A DNA stretch of 64,000 nucleotides from an uncultured Nitrospinota bacterium (GTDB lineage Bacteria > Tectomicrobia > Entotheonellia > J063 > CAVPRW01), in assembly GCA_963707985.1 (NCBI GenBank), contig CAVPRW010000031.1, positions 160,001-224,000 on the forward strand. Reading direction: 5' to 3'. A model generated the notes under the pieces. The model did no database searches. It was given only the letters and a program-made list of their open reading frames with translations, and had not been told where the DNA came from. Made by a program: the position numbers and the translations under genes. Positions 12,501 to 22,575 of the stretch are shown piece after piece (within the stretch, counting starts at the first letter, position 1; each line of letters begins with the position of its first letter).

Positions 12501-15435
12501 TGATGACATCTTTCGAGGCCACCCACGCTTCGGTTTTAACGCCCACCAGCCACTTCGTCGGCCAAAGTGGCACGCTGGTCGCCACCGTTTGAACCTCACC
12601 GTTGGGGTCGCGATAGGCCAGCTCCAGGATTAGGTCTGCTGGCTCTTCGAGCCTTGGCAGCTGCGTGATGCTTGCCCTGGCCATCCCTGTGGCATCCAGC
12701 ACCAGGTCAAGCCGCTGATGCACGCCACTGCTTCCGGTGATCGGCGTCGAGGTGACGGACGCCTCACCATCCTCATCGCTGCCAGAGCTATTGCCAGCAC
12801 CTTGGCGTATCACGCCCTCTTTGAGACGCCTGCCGGCAAAGACAAACCCTGCATAATCTGCCGGGAAGGACACACTTTTGGGTTGGATTTTGGCCCGCAG
12901 CGTGACAGGGAGATGGCCAGCTCCACCGCCAGCGAGATACTGCACGCCAATTTCCACTGGAAGTTCGGAGACCCCGATCTGCGGCTCGGATGCAGGCTGC
13001 AGGAAGCCCCGCAGTATAGGGACACGAAATTCTTCGACGCGAAATTCGCCGGAGATGCGCCCTTGGTCGAGGTCTGACTCCTCGGTCCCTTGCTCGGACG
13101 CCTGTCGCAGTAGCACGACCTGATAGCGCCCAAGCTTGGCACCCTTCGGAATGGCCCAGGTGCTTTCGGCCATGCCCCCCGCTTCCCAAGACAGCGGCAA
13201 TGTGTATTGCTCCTCGCTGCCAACATGGCGCATCGAGACGCGATTCGGGAGCTGTTCATCGGGTACCCTGGAGAACCCGCGCAGCGTCCGCTCCCGCAGG
13301 ATGTGTTTCATGTGCAGCGTATCCCCGGCGCGGAGAAGGGCGCGATCGAAAACTGTATGGGTGATGATGGCCTCACGATCATTCGTGAGCGGTAGTTGGA
13401 ATCTCCAGGGCTCGATGCCACGATCCCAGCTGCTATGTGCGAAGCTAAAGTCGTCGGCCAGTGTCGCGGTCACGAACAGTCCCCCATCAAGGCGGTTGAT
13501 GGCCAGCGTCTGCTGGGAGTCGTAGTGAGACAAGTTGGCTTCATAGGGACATGCAGCAAGCGCTCCCTGGGGTAGAAGCTTACCGACACGCGCGATCCCC
13601 TGGGCGTCTGTCGGTCCAGCCCAGAGCGTCTTCCCCCGACAATCATGCACCGCCACCTGAGCTGCTTGCACCGGGCGACCTTCATCCAACGTGGTCACCC
13701 AGATGAGGGAAGCCTCACCGCCCCATTTGAAGTGCACCGCAAGATTGGTGACCAAGACCGACGTGGGGACAAACATCGATTGCGGTTTGCCCAGCAGGGA
13801 AGCTCCCAACCGAGGACTCTCAATCTCGACAATATAAAGCCCTGGGGCTTCCAACGGGATGCCAACGACTTCGAGAGGTTTTGTCTCATGGGGTTTGGGC
13901 AGGACAAAACTTTTGACTGGGGAGGCTGTCTGTCGTGTTCCAAAGATCGAGCTGTCGCGTGCTGCCGTTGCTACGGCGCGAAGCCATACCAGGATGTCTC
14001 CCGGTTGCTCGGATGACAGGTGTAGATGTCTTCCGGAGAGCTGGTCTGAGGGATCTGTCGCGGATCCTGCCGTCTTATCTGCCACAGCGTCGGCCACGTG
14101 CAACAGTCTGGTGCGTACCTCCGGTTCCAAGTTGCGGAGTGTCACCGGCAGGGTGGGGTCAGCCTTCCACTCCACGATGCCGAATCGCGCCGCAAATTTG
14201 GCCAAGGGGGGAAATTCTGCCGTGTTGACTTGTAGAGGGAATCGGTTCGCGTTGGCGAGTGGTCGTCCTGATTCGTCGGTCAGGTCACTGGGGATCTCGA
14301 TCCGAAAGGTCGCTGCCTCAGGGAAAGGACCTTTAAAGTTGATGCCGCTGACGAACGGCGTGCCTTCGTCGTTCTGATCCAACGTAGGACTGCGGCGGCC
14401 TCCCTGCTCGCCGACCAGCATGATGCGTTGCGCCTGCTCCCAGGCCACAGACGCAGAAAACCGTAGGCTCATCGGTGTAATGGGGAGGCATGCGGCACGT
14501 CGGCTCTGTCGTTCACAACGGAATTCTGCCTGGAACGGCTGACGGACTTTGAAGGAGAGGACCTGATCTTGCTCATTGGCTACCCCGCTCTCAGCGGTGA
14601 CGCCCTTGCCCCAGATCAAGCGCACGTCTGCACGGCTCGGAAATGTCAGCCTGGCCTGCAGGACCAGGACGTGTTGATGCTCCGCCCATCCGTGAAGGGT
14701 CTGGAGAATCGCCTCACGGCCTGCACCGGTGATCAGCCGTACGCCAATCCGCTCCGGGACCCCCGTCACCGCGAATGCGGCGTGACGTAATACTGCCTCT
14801 TCTGTCGGCTGCGCATCAAGGCTGAGGACAAACGCTTGATCTTCGTCAATGGTTGAATCCTGAAGGGGGATGGACGTCAGGATCGATGGACCGCCGGTTG
14901 TAAAGGTGAAGATCGTCTGGCCGGTGACAATTGTCCCAGCCTGGGATACCAGGCCAGGGCGGAGCGTGAAACGACAGCGAACGCCGCCGGGAAGATCGCG
15001 CGCGAAGTCGTACACCCATGTGCGGCTATCAATCCAACGGCCTGTTCCTCCTTCAGGGCAGTCGATGATGAAGGGATCAACTGGGCTGCGTGGGTCGCCA
15101 ACAGCCACCATCGATTCGGAGAACGTGGCACTGGCTTGACGTATGCGCTTGACCGTACCTATAGGAGCAAACTTATTGACTTGCGGATTGGGATAGGACT
15201 CGCCAGCCTCCAATACGGGGGTGACCAGTGCAACCAGCAGCAGCAGACTGAACTTCAGGCAATGCGAGCAAGGGCGCCAACTCCGAATCAGATGGACACA
15301 TTGCCTACCTACCTGTCGCGAGCTAAGCATAGTAGGCGTCCTTTGCCTAAGGGTGGACACAGATCGACTTGCATGATTAGGAGGTTGTTCTACTCCATGA
15401 AGTCGTGTGCAGTCAAGAAGACCCGAAAGAACCAC
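9520..15435 (-). CDS. Bacterial alpha-2-macroglobulin (true start probably downstream of 15435)
   Basis: 1971-aa ORF; FRVEEF, AAVDEG, thioester YPYSCLEQ, VEALYAPE; canonical pairing with pbpC. Confidence 0.92.
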   Translation of the reverse strand: MVLSGLLDCTRLHGVEQPPNHASRSVSTLRQRTPTMLSSRQVGRQCVHLIRSWRPCSHCLKFSLLLLVALVTPVLEAGESYPNPQVNKFAPIGTVKRIRQASATFSESMVAVGDPRSPVDPFIIDCPEGGTGRWIDSRTWVYDFARDLPGGVRCRFTLRPGLVSQAGTIVTGQTIFTFTTGGPSILTSIPLQDSTIDEDQAFVLSLDAQPTEEAVLRHAAFAVTGVPERIGVRLITGAGREAILQTLHGWAEHQHVLVLQARLTFPSRADVRLIWGKGVTAESGVANEQDQVLSFKVRQPFQAEFRCERQSRRAACLPITPMSLRFSASVAWEQAQRIMLVGEQGGRRSPTLDQNDEGTPFVSGINFKGPFPEAATFRIEIPSDLTDESGRPLANANRFPLQVNTAEFPPLAKFAARFGIVEWKADPTLPVTLRNLEPEVRTRLLHVADAVADKTAGSATDPSDQLSGRHLHLSSEQPGDILVWLRAVATAARDSSIFGTRQTASPVKSFVLPKPHETKPLEVVGIPLEAPGLYIVEIESPRLGASLLGKPQSMFVPTSVLVTNLAVHFKWGGEASLIWVTTLDEGRPVQAAQVAVHDCRGKTLWAGPTDAQGIARVGKLLPQGALAACPYEANLSHYDSQQTLAINRLDGGLFVTATLADDFSFAHSSWDRGIEPWRFQLPLTNDREAIITHTVFDRALLRAGDTLHMKHILRERTLRGFSRVPDEQLPNRVSMRHVGSEEQYTLPLSWEAGGMAESTWAIPKGAKLGRYQVVLLRQASEQGTEESDLDQGRISGEFRVEEFRVPILRGFLQPASEPQIGVSELPVEIGVQYLAGGGAGHLPVTLRAKIQPKSVSFPADYAGFVFAGRRLKEGVIRQGAGNSSGSDEDGEASVTSTPITGSSGVHQRLDLVLDATGMARASITQLPRLEEPADLILELAYRDPNGEVQTVATSVPLWPTKWLVGVKTEAWVASKDVITARVAVVDVHGQPVPNALVQLEVWQRKFYSYRKRLVGGFYAYEHVDETRQLGALCQGSTNSQGLMLCEAKPPADGNLIVQASLLSNGGLVAVAHQDVWVPGTRQWWFDVQDHDRIDLIPERHQYEPGEMARFQVRMPFREATALITTEREGVLDGFVVPLSGQEPVIEVPVQEDFAPNMFISVLAVRGRISGVQPTAMVDLGRPSFKLGIAEIRVGWRKHELMVKVTADRTTYRVRDKVLVRVTVRTADGQLPPAGSEVAVAAVDEGLLELLPNKSWNLLEAMMGRRGYGVQTATAQMQVVGKRHYGLKALPQGGGGGKQPTRELFDTLLSWNGRVPLDANGEVSLEIPLNDSLTSFRLVAVATGGHDLFGTGSTSIRSTQDLMLLSGIAPLVREGDQFRAEFTLRNTTEQAMEVQVQGRVDGFPDPLMARALSLGSSQSQVIGWDMIAPTGVRTLRYEVEATASGGATDHIRVVQQVYPVVPIRTIQATLSQWQHEIKQPIQRPADALPSGGGVQLLIRPSLIEGMGVMRDWMRRYPYSCLEQQISRAVALRDQGQWEQIAAILPSHLDPDGLLKYFPSMAQGSEVLTPYALSVIHETGWEIPAETRERMIQGLQRFVEGTIRRRPSVAAVDLPLRKLAAIEALSRHTTVNPQVLSSITIEPNLWPTSAVLDWWNVLHRVPGIHHQESQLLQAEQIVRSRLNLQGRSLGFSSENSEGLWWLMTSADTNAVRLVLLLLEQHLWQEDLPRLLNGTLARQQRGTWDLTVANAWGALAIEKFSQAFEHVPIGGTTTAALDGAVREVTWAQSPQGDTFAFPWPGAGTTLTVDHAGAGHPWVTLEATAAIPLKAPLASGYRLRKSLIPVDTSASGRFSRGDIVRVRLEIEADRDMTWVVVNDPIPAGASHLGTGLGTDSHLAVQGEDSQARSRAAFEERAFDGFRAYYEFVPKGDLTVEYTVRLNQSGRFHLPSTRVEALYAPEMFGELPNDMVEVRP

Positions 15436-15718
15436 TCTTCCCGCACCGGCTGATCGGTATCAACACGCTAGATATCAGTGGAATTATTGAGTGTCAAACG
15501 TGTGCGGGGCGGGGGTAGTCTATGCCAGCCTAGGGCAAAAGGGTGGGGGATCGGCGTTCGTCCTGGGGAATTTTTTTTCGCCTGGGCAAATTCGCCTCCC
15601 CCCTTTTGGTGCGCGGTTGGAGCTGGTGGGCATGGGGCACGGATATTGCGGATGATGTTCTGGGCATACTTGCATGTCTTCCTGTCCGCCTTCATCGCTC
15701 GCCTTGATCTCGCGCTGA

Positions 15719-16030
15719 TTAAAGAATCAAGGGATTCTTGAGGCGTCCGAGCTGTTTCCGATGGCTCTTGAGGATGCGATTCGCCTGTAACAGGCGCTTA
15801 TGGAGGTGCCACAAACTGGAAGTTGCTTCGTCCAGCACACGCATCTGCACGGCTACCTTATCCTCGTAGGCCAGGGCCTCATAGGAATCCAGTACTGTCC
15901 AGGTGTTGACGAGCTGTGTAAACAGCCGTTGCCCCCACTCCAGGGTCATGCGCTGCCCCACAAGTTCGGCTTGAATGGCCTCCCCTGCTGCAAGTTCATC
16001 GATTGCCTCCGCAGACGTGAGATCTTTCAT
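15719..16030 (-). CDS. Hypothetical helical protein (103 aa)
   Basis: AAAGGAGG RBS before ATG; sigma54-type promoter upstream. Confidence 0.65.
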   Translation of the reverse strand: MKDLTSAEAIDELAAGEAIQAELVGQRMTLEWGQRLFTQLVNTWTVLDSYEALAYEDKVAVQMRVLDEATSSLWHLHKRLLQANRILKSHRKQLGRLKNPLIL

Positions 16031-16136
16031 GAGTGGTACCCTCCTTTACCATTTTTTGCATAAATGATGACTGGTGTGATGGGGCATCGCTCGCGTATGC
16101 ATCTGTGCAGCTAGGAACCCACACACAATTCTCTAC

Positions 16137-16152
16137 AGCAAAAACCTTGCCA
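16137..16152 (-). promoter_or_regulatory. sigma54 -24/-12 promoter
   Basis: Minus strand TGGCAAGGTTTTTGCT (GG-N10-GC). Confidence 0.6.
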
Positions 16153-16371
16153 GTAGAGGATAGAGTGGCCGAGCCGCAGCGACGCCAGCTCCGCACTTGC
16201 AGGCAGAGAAGGTGGGGGGTGGGCGCGATTTGTCATATAACGGGCTGCTTCAAAAGGGTCGTGGAGGTGAGGCGCTTCCGGGGGCACAGCGCGAGCCGAA
16301 GTTTATCAAGTCCTACCAAAAGCGACCACATCGACTCGCACTGTCTCTGAGATGCGCTACAGTGTGGCTCT

Positions 16372-17034
16372 TTACCAGTATCGTACAGGACCAACGTCTA
16401 CATGCACGAAATTGGAGCGCGGATAATAGCCGACGCCTCCCATGTGTAGATCCACGGCGACACGCCTCACCGCATCGCAGGCCCATCCGGGCATGCGAAG
16501 ATCGATGGCCTTACCGTCCATGTGCAGGCTATGTTCGGCAACGCGCCGACTCATGAAGCGAAGAAACGCATTGGTGGTGGGGGAACGATACGCGGAAATA
16601 ACGTCGAATGGGTGAGAGCATTCTAACTCTCCGCTGATGGCGTGGATGAGGTCCAATAACTGTGGATCGATCGGCTTGATTTCATCAGTGCGGTGGTCAC
16701 GGAGGACGCGGTCGACAGCAGACATTGCTTCGGGGAGATATTGTCCTCGGAACCAGTAAACAGCATTAATACTTTCACCGGTATGGGTATTGTAGAGGGC
16801 GACGGTTTTTTCGGGCGGATTGATCGCTGGCTGAAAGAAACTTCTCCTGGGCCAGGTCTCGGGGGATTTGAATTCTTGGAGAGGCGTTCGTGGGGGTTGA
16901 AAGATACTTCTTCTTGCAGCGGCTGGCTGTGGGATGAGGCTCATTCCTGCGGCGAGGACTCCCCACCCGAGGAAGCGTCGGCGGCTGAGTCTGTGATCAG
17001 CCAGCGACGCTTCGCCCATTGCCAATAGCTTCAT
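16372..17034 (-). CDS. YcbK/DUF882 (MepK-like) M15 peptidase with Tat signal
   Basis: SRRRFL Tat motif; LYNTHTGE, ISAYRSPTTN, SLHMDGKAID, FVHVDVGPVRYW. Confidence 0.9.
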   Translation of the reverse strand: MKLLAMGEASLADHRLSRRRFLGWGVLAAGMSLIPQPAAARRSIFQPPRTPLQEFKSPETWPRRSFFQPAINPPEKTVALYNTHTGESINAVYWFRGQYLPEAMSAVDRVLRDHRTDEIKPIDPQLLDLIHAISGELECSHPFDVISAYRSPTTNAFLRFMSRRVAEHSLHMDGKAIDLRMPGWACDAVRRVAVDLHMGGVGYYPRSNFVHVDVGPVRYW

Positions 17035-17373
17035 AGACTCTCCCCTTGATTGTGACACATGAACAATCGGTAGTCGACAAACAGCCTACACGACTGATCT
17101 TTGAACGATCACCCCCTTCCGATTTATTGGTGTGGAAGGCTGTAAATTAGCGAGTTTCAGCCTCGCTGTCAACAGCTCATCGCGACAGGACGGGTCCCTA
17201 AGATGATCTGGTGGTTTGCAACTGGTGAGACCCTGTGCCTGGGTGTCACAGGCCAACGCGAACTCGACGACTTTCCGCTTGACAAGCTAGCTGGGGATCG
17301 CTAGGGTGGCAAAAGCGCTTGTGCAATAGGCGGTTTAGTTGCGAGCGATGTCAACCCTCAGAGGAAATTGAGG

Positions 17374-18102
17374 ATGGCCAAGACGGCTGGGATCGTGATC
17401 ATTGGCAACGAGATACTTTCAGGCAAAGTCCAGGATGCGAACGCCGCCTACCTCTTGGGTGAGTTGCGTCTACTGGGCGTAGATGTGAAGAAAGTCTCGG
17501 TGATCCCCGATGAGGTCGATGTCATCGCCCTGGAAGTAGCCACCTTCTCTCGCCAGTTCGATGTAGTGTTCACTTCCGGCGGCGTGGGGCCGACGCACGA
17601 CGATGTCACCATCGAGGGGATCGCCAAGGCCTTTGGGCATCGCGTCATTCGTCATCCTGAACTCGAACGCCTGCTGCGGAGTCGCTATGGCGGGGATCTA
17701 AACGAGGCCCGGTTGAAGCTCACTGAGGTTCCTGAGGGGGCAGTGCTCATCCTCGAAGATGGTCTCTGGCTTCCCGCGGTTGTCATGAGAAATGTCTATA
17801 TCTTCCCTGGGATTCCCGACCTGTTGCGACAGAAATTCGACTCGATCAAGGAACGCTTCCGCGACCAGCCATATTTTCTTCGTAAGGTGTACGTCAAGGA
17901 GGGTGAAGGCAACATTGCGGCCTTTCTCCATAACCTCCTCCGAGAGTTTCCCGAGCTCATGCTCGGCTCCTATCCTGATATCCACAATCCTTCCTACAAG
18001 GTGATGCTGACCCTGGAATCGAAAGATGAGGGATACCTACGAACAGCGCTGGAACGCCTCCTGACCATGCTCCCAGGAGAGTTCATCTATCAGACGCACT
18101 GA
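17374..18102 (+). CDS. CinA-like molybdopterin-binding-domain protein
   Basis: IIGNEILSGKVQDAN, SGGVGPTHDDVT, FPGIP. Confidence 0.88.
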   Translation: MAKTAGIVIIGNEILSGKVQDANAAYLLGELRLLGVDVKKVSVIPDEVDVIALEVATFSRQFDVVFTSGGVGPTHDDVTIEGIAKAFGHRVIRHPELERLLRSRYGGDLNEARLKLTEVPEGAVLILEDGLWLPAVVMRNVYIFPGIPDLLRQKFDSIKERFRDQPYFLRKVYVKEGEGNIAAFLHNLLREFPELMLGSYPDIHNPSYKVMLTLESKDEGYLRTALERLLTMLPGEFIYQTH

Positions 18103-18165
18103 GATGAATGCGCAGTCACTCTAGCGTACAAAGGCACTGGGGAATGTTCAACCGTGAAGCACAAC

Positions 18166-19254
18166 CTAGTCATCGAAGAGGGCTTCGATGAACGCGGTGG
18201 GGTCGAAAGGTTGGAGATCGGGGAGCTTTTCACCGACCCCGATGAGTTTCACTGGAATTTTTAGTTCATTGACGATGCTGACGACGATGCCTCCCTTGGC
18301 GGTACCATCGAGCTTGGTCATGACCAGCCCTGTCAGGCCAAGTGTCTCATGAAATTGCTTGGCTTGTGCCACCCCGTTCTGGCCGACGGTGGCATCGAGG
18401 ACAAGGAGGGTCTCATGCGGAGCCCCTTCGTGCTCGCGAGCCAGCACCCGCTGAATCTTTTTACACTCTTCCATGAGATTCACTTTGGTGTGGAGGCGAC
18501 CCGCCGTATCTACGATCACCACATCGACATGGCGTGCTTTGGCAGCCTGAATGGTGTCATAAACGACGGCTGCCGGATCGGCACCCGCACCATGCTTGAT
18601 CACTTCCACGCCGACGCGATCGGCCCATTCCTGCAGCTGCTCGATCGCCGCTGCGCGAAAAGTGTCTGCCGCGGCTAACAAGACCTTTTTCCCTTGGTGT
18701 TTCAACTGGTACGCTAGTTTGGCGATGGTCGTCGTCTTGCCAACTCCATTCACTCCCACCAGCAGGATGACTGCCGGGGGTTGTGCCACTTCAGTGCATA
18801 GTTCCTCGGCGCTGACATGCAAGATATCCAGGAGGCACTGCTTCAGATGGGCTCGAATCTCTATCGGCTGGCGCAGGCGTTGCTCTGCCACCGACTGCTG
18901 AAGTTCCTGCATAATGCGCATGGTCGTTTGCACACCGAGATCGCTACTGATCAGAACCTCTTCCAATTCCTCAAAGAGATCTGCATCAATTACTTGCCTG
19001 CCGCTGAGCAGCCGATCGATTTTGCGCAGCAATCCTTGACGCGTTTTTGTTAAGCGTTCTTTCAGGAAACGCAGAAAGCCCTGCCGAGGGCTGGACGTTT
19101 CTGGGGCCAATTCTCCGACCACTACATCCGCCAATTCCTCCTCTGGAACTTCTGCATCATCCTCAGCGATAGGCGGCGGCTCGGTCGTTGCAACTTGGGT
19201 AGGAGCATCATCCGATGGCGTCGGTTGCTTACGTTCCCAAAATTTCCAACGCAC
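18166..19254 (-). CDS. ftsY: SRP receptor FtsY
   Basis: GVNGVGKTTT, DTFRAAA, DTAGR, TKLDGTAKGG. Confidence 0.96.
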   Translation of the reverse strand: MRWKFWERKQPTPSDDAPTQVATTEPPPIAEDDAEVPEEELADVVVGELAPETSSPRQGFLRFLKERLTKTRQGLLRKIDRLLSGRQVIDADLFEELEEVLISSDLGVQTTMRIMQELQQSVAEQRLRQPIEIRAHLKQCLLDILHVSAEELCTEVAQPPAVILLVGVNGVGKTTTIAKLAYQLKHQGKKVLLAAADTFRAAAIEQLQEWADRVGVEVIKHGAGADPAAVVYDTIQAAKARHVDVVIVDTAGRLHTKVNLMEECKKIQRVLAREHEGAPHETLLVLDATVGQNGVAQAKQFHETLGLTGLVMTKLDGTAKGGIVVSIVNELKIPVKLIGVGEKLPDLQPFDPTAFIEALFDD

Positions 19255-19285
19255 GACTTGAATCCTTTATATGTAGAACGGTTAG

Positions 19286-20062
19286 TTATTGCGGGTGAGC
19301 ATTCAGGCCGTTTTCAGGATAGCTCAAAGAACCGCTGTCAGGGTTCGTCAGGAGCTCCGTAGTCCTGAACGCTGCGAGCACGTTGCGAGCCGCATCTTGT
19401 TCGGCCTCTTTCTTGCTCTTGCCCGTTCCTAACCCATGGATTTGGCGACGGATAGCGAGTTCGACCTCGAAGACTTTTTCATGGTCTGGACCGCGCTCTC
19501 GGACGACAGTGTATGTCGGAACGCAGCCAAATTTGTCCTGAGTATACTCTTGAAGTTCGCTCTTGAAGTCCCGATAACCCTCATGCAGGACGGTGTTCAG
19601 GTCCTCCTGAAAACACTGTAGAATCACCTGGGACACATCTCCCAGCGAGCTATCAAGATAAACGGCCGCCAGCACCGCTTCAAAGGTATCAGCCAGGAGA
19701 GAGGCCTTGGCACGGCCACCGGTAAGTTCCTCCCCGCGTCCGATGAGGAGGTAGGAGCCTAGTTCAAGGCGCCTTGCAATCCTTGCCAGGTTCCCGTCGT
19801 TCACCAGAGATGCCCGTAGCTTCGAGAGTTCGCCTTCGGCAAGATTGGCGAACTGCCTGTAGCAATAATCGCTAATCACCAATCCAAGGACCGCATCGCC
19901 GAGAAACTCGAGGCGCTCATTGTGCTGGACAGCCTCGCGTTGTTCATGCACATATGACTTATGTGTTAGAGCTTGGTTCAAGAGCTCTAGGCGGTGAAAT
20001 CGATAATGTAATGACCGCTCAAGCTCCACAAGCTGCTCTTTGCGTGCCTCTACCGGCAGCAT
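19286..20062 (-). CDS. rnc: Ribonuclease III
   Basis: NERLEFLGDAVL signature; C-terminal dsRBD. Confidence 0.96.
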   Translation of the reverse strand: MLPVEARKEQLVELERSLHYRFHRLELLNQALTHKSYVHEQREAVQHNERLEFLGDAVLGLVISDYCYRQFANLAEGELSKLRASLVNDGNLARIARRLELGSYLLIGRGEELTGGRAKASLLADTFEAVLAAVYLDSSLGDVSQVILQCFQEDLNTVLHEGYRDFKSELQEYTQDKFGCVPTYTVVRERGPDHEKVFEVELAIRRQIHGLGTGKSKKEAEQDAARNVLAAFRTTELLTNPDSGSLSYPENGLNAHPQ

Positions 20063-20112
20063 GTCCCCTCAAGTCTTAGTCGGTCTCGACAACCGCCACG
20101 AACAATCTCTGG

Positions 20113-21363
20113 TTAGGCGATATATTTCTTTAAGATAATGCACGCATTCGTCCCGCCGAATCCGAAGGAATTCGAGAGCACATTTTCTATATCGATGTGC
20201 TTAGCATGATTTGGAACGTAATCTAGATCGCATTCGGGGTCGGGATATTCATAGTTGATGGTCGGGGGAATAATGCCCTCTGTGAGGGCCAACGCACAGA
20301 GGGCCGCCTCAACCCCTCCTGCGGCACCAAGGAGATGTCCGGTCATCGATTTGGTTGAGCTTACCGCTAATCGGTGGGCATGCTCGCCAAACACATGCCT
20401 GATCGCACTGGTTTCATGTTTATCATTATAGGGAGTCGAGGTACCATGGGCATTGATGTAGTCGATGGCTTCCGGAGCGATACCTGCATCCCGTAATGCC
20501 ATGCGCATACAGTTGATCACGCCACGTCCTTCGGGATCTGGAGCGGTCATGTGGTAGGCATCTGCGGTCATTCCATAGCCGATGACTTCGGCGTAGATCT
20601 TTGCCTTTCGCGCCAAGGCGACTTGCAACTCTTCAAGGACGACGATCCCCGCGCCTTCTGCGATCACAAAGCCATCACGCTCGATATCGAACGGACGACT
20701 GGCTTTCTGCGGAGTGTCATTGCGGCTCGAAAGCGCCTTCATGTTTGCAAAGCCAGCGATGGTCAGTGGAGTGATGGCCGATTCACTTCCGCCTGCGATC
20801 ATGGCATCGGCATCGCCGCGTTGAATGATCTTGAAAGAATCGCCGATGGCATGCGTTCCGGCAGCGCAGGCAGTGGTCACACAAGAGTTCGGGCCGCGGG
20901 CACCAAAGCGCATGGAGATTTGGCCCGCCGCCAAATTCGTAATCAGCATGGGGATAAAGAAGGGGCTGATGCGGCGCTGACCGTTTTGCAGGAGGATTGA
21001 ATGGTAACGTTCAATGGTTTGAATGCCGCCAATACCTGCCCCTACGATCACGCCGACGCGATCGGCATTGGCCTCGGTGATCCTCATCCCAGCGTCCTCG
21101 ATGGCCATGGACCCTGCACTCAAGGCGTATTGGATGAAGACATCCATCTTCTTGATTTCCTTGCGCTCGATGAAATCCTCTGGGTTGAAGTCCTTGACTT
21201 CACCCGCGATCTGCACAGGGAAATCCGTGGTATCGAAGGTGGTGATCCGATCAATTCCCGAAGCACCTTTGCAAATCCCTTCCCAGGTCTTCTGAATGCC
21301 GGTGCCGAGTGGTGTAATGAGCCCCAGGCCGGTGACAACCACCCGCCGTTTCATCCCCTCCAT
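20113..21363 (-). CDS. fabF: 3-oxoacyl-ACP synthase II
   Basis: [23 protein letters not shown]. Confidence 0.96.
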   Translation of the reverse strand: MEGMKRRVVVTGLGLITPLGTGIQKTWEGICKGASGIDRITTFDTTDFPVQIAGEVKDFNPEDFIERKEIKKMDVFIQYALSAGSMAIEDAGMRITEANADRVGVIVGAGIGGIQTIERYHSILLQNGQRRISPFFIPMLITNLAAGQISMRFGARGPNSCVTTACAAGTHAIGDSFKIIQRGDADAMIAGGSESAITPLTIAGFANMKALSSRNDTPQKASRPFDIERDGFVIAEGAGIVVLEELQVALARKAKIYAEVIGYGMTADAYHMTAPDPEGRGVINCMRMALRDAGIAPEAIDYINAHGTSTPYNDKHETSAIRHVFGEHAHRLAVSSTKSMTGHLLGAAGGVEAALCALALTEGIIPPTINYEYPDPECDLDYVPNHAKHIDIENVLSNSFGFGGTNACIILKKYIA

Positions 21364-21564
21364 ACGCCTATCCTTTCCTGCGTGGGTCCGCGTTTTTGGC
21401 TACTGCCTCGACTGTGAGCTGCACGACACCTGAATCACTACTGACACTACCCCTCCAACACGCAAAGACCTGCAGTGAAGTCAGCCTCAGAATCCCTGGG
21501 GGGAATTGTGTAGCTTTGTTGGCTGCGCTGACACCTCTATCGTTGTCATCCATAGTGCAGGAGG

Positions 21565-21807
21565 TTACACCTCCTTCACGTTTGCCTTGATGTAATCGAT
21601 CGCATCCTGGACCGTGCTAATCCCCTCCGCATCCTCGTCGGGGATCTCGATATTAAATTCCTCTTCAAAGGCCATGACGAGTTCGACCGTATCCAGGGAA
21701 TCAGCCCCGAGATCGTCGATAAACGATGCCTCCGGAGAGACTTCGTCCTCCTCGACACCTAATTGTTCCACAATGATATCCTTCACCCGCTGTTCGATCG
21801 ATGCCAC
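21565..21807 (-). CDS. acpP: Acyl carrier protein
   Basis: [20 protein letters not shown]. Confidence 0.97.
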   Translation of the reverse strand: MASIEQRVKDIIVEQLGVEEDEVSPEASFIDDLGADSLDTVELVMAFEEEFNIEIPDEDAEGISTVQDAIDYIKANVKEV

Positions 21808-21822
21808 CGCGAACGACCTCCC

Positions 21823-22566
21823 TTACATCGACAGCCCACCGTTGACCTGGATGACTTGGCCAGTAATATAGCTTGCACATGACGAAACCAGAAAGCCGAC
21901 GCAATCGGCCACGTCCTGGGGCGTTCCCCATCGGCCAAGAGGGATCTGCCGGACAAGGTCTGCCTTGGCCTGTGCTGATAGCCCCTGGGTCATCTCAGTC
22001 TCGATAAACCCGGGGGCGACGGCATTGACGGTGATTCCACGACTAGCAACTTCTCGGGCCAGAGATTTGGTCAAGCCAATCGCACCGGCTTTGGCCGCGG
22101 CATAATTGACCTGTCCTGCGTTGCCAATTATCCCGACGATGGAAGTAATATTGATAATTCGCCCATGGCGCTGCCGGATCATCGGGCGAATCGCCGCCTT
22201 CGAACAGTGATACATGCCTGAGAGATTGACCTGTAAGACCTGCTGCCAATCCTCCTCTTTCATGCGAAGCACGAGGCCATCACGCGTGACGCCTGCGTTG
22301 TTGACGAGGATATCAATCCGGCCACGCTCGTCAAGGATCGCCTCAAAGGCCTGCGCCGTTCCCTGTGCATCGGCCACATCGAAACGGCAAAGAGTCGCCG
22401 CCCCTCCAGCCATTGCGATATGGTAGCGTGTTTCTTCTGCCGCTGCTTGATTCGTAACGTAATTGATGATCACATGTGCCCGCATGACCGCAAGTTCATG
22501 GGCGATGGCACGACCGATCCCCCGCGACCCGCCAGTTACTACGGCAATCTGGCCTGCCAGCTCCAT
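21823..22566 (-). CDS. fabG: 3-oxoacyl-ACP reductase
   Basis: TGGSRGIG, NNAG, YAAAK. Confidence 0.95.
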   Translation of the reverse strand: MELAGQIAVVTGGSRGIGRAIAHELAVMRAHVIINYVTNQAAAEETRYHIAMAGGAATLCRFDVADAQGTAQAFEAILDERGRIDILVNNAGVTRDGLVLRMKEEDWQQVLQVNLSGMYHCSKAAIRPMIRQRHGRIINITSIVGIIGNAGQVNYAAAKAGAIGLTKSLAREVASRGITVNAVAPGFIETEMTQGLSAQAKADLVRQIPLGRWGTPQDVADCVGFLVSSCASYITGQVIQVNGGLSM

Positions 22567-22575
22567 GGCCTACCC

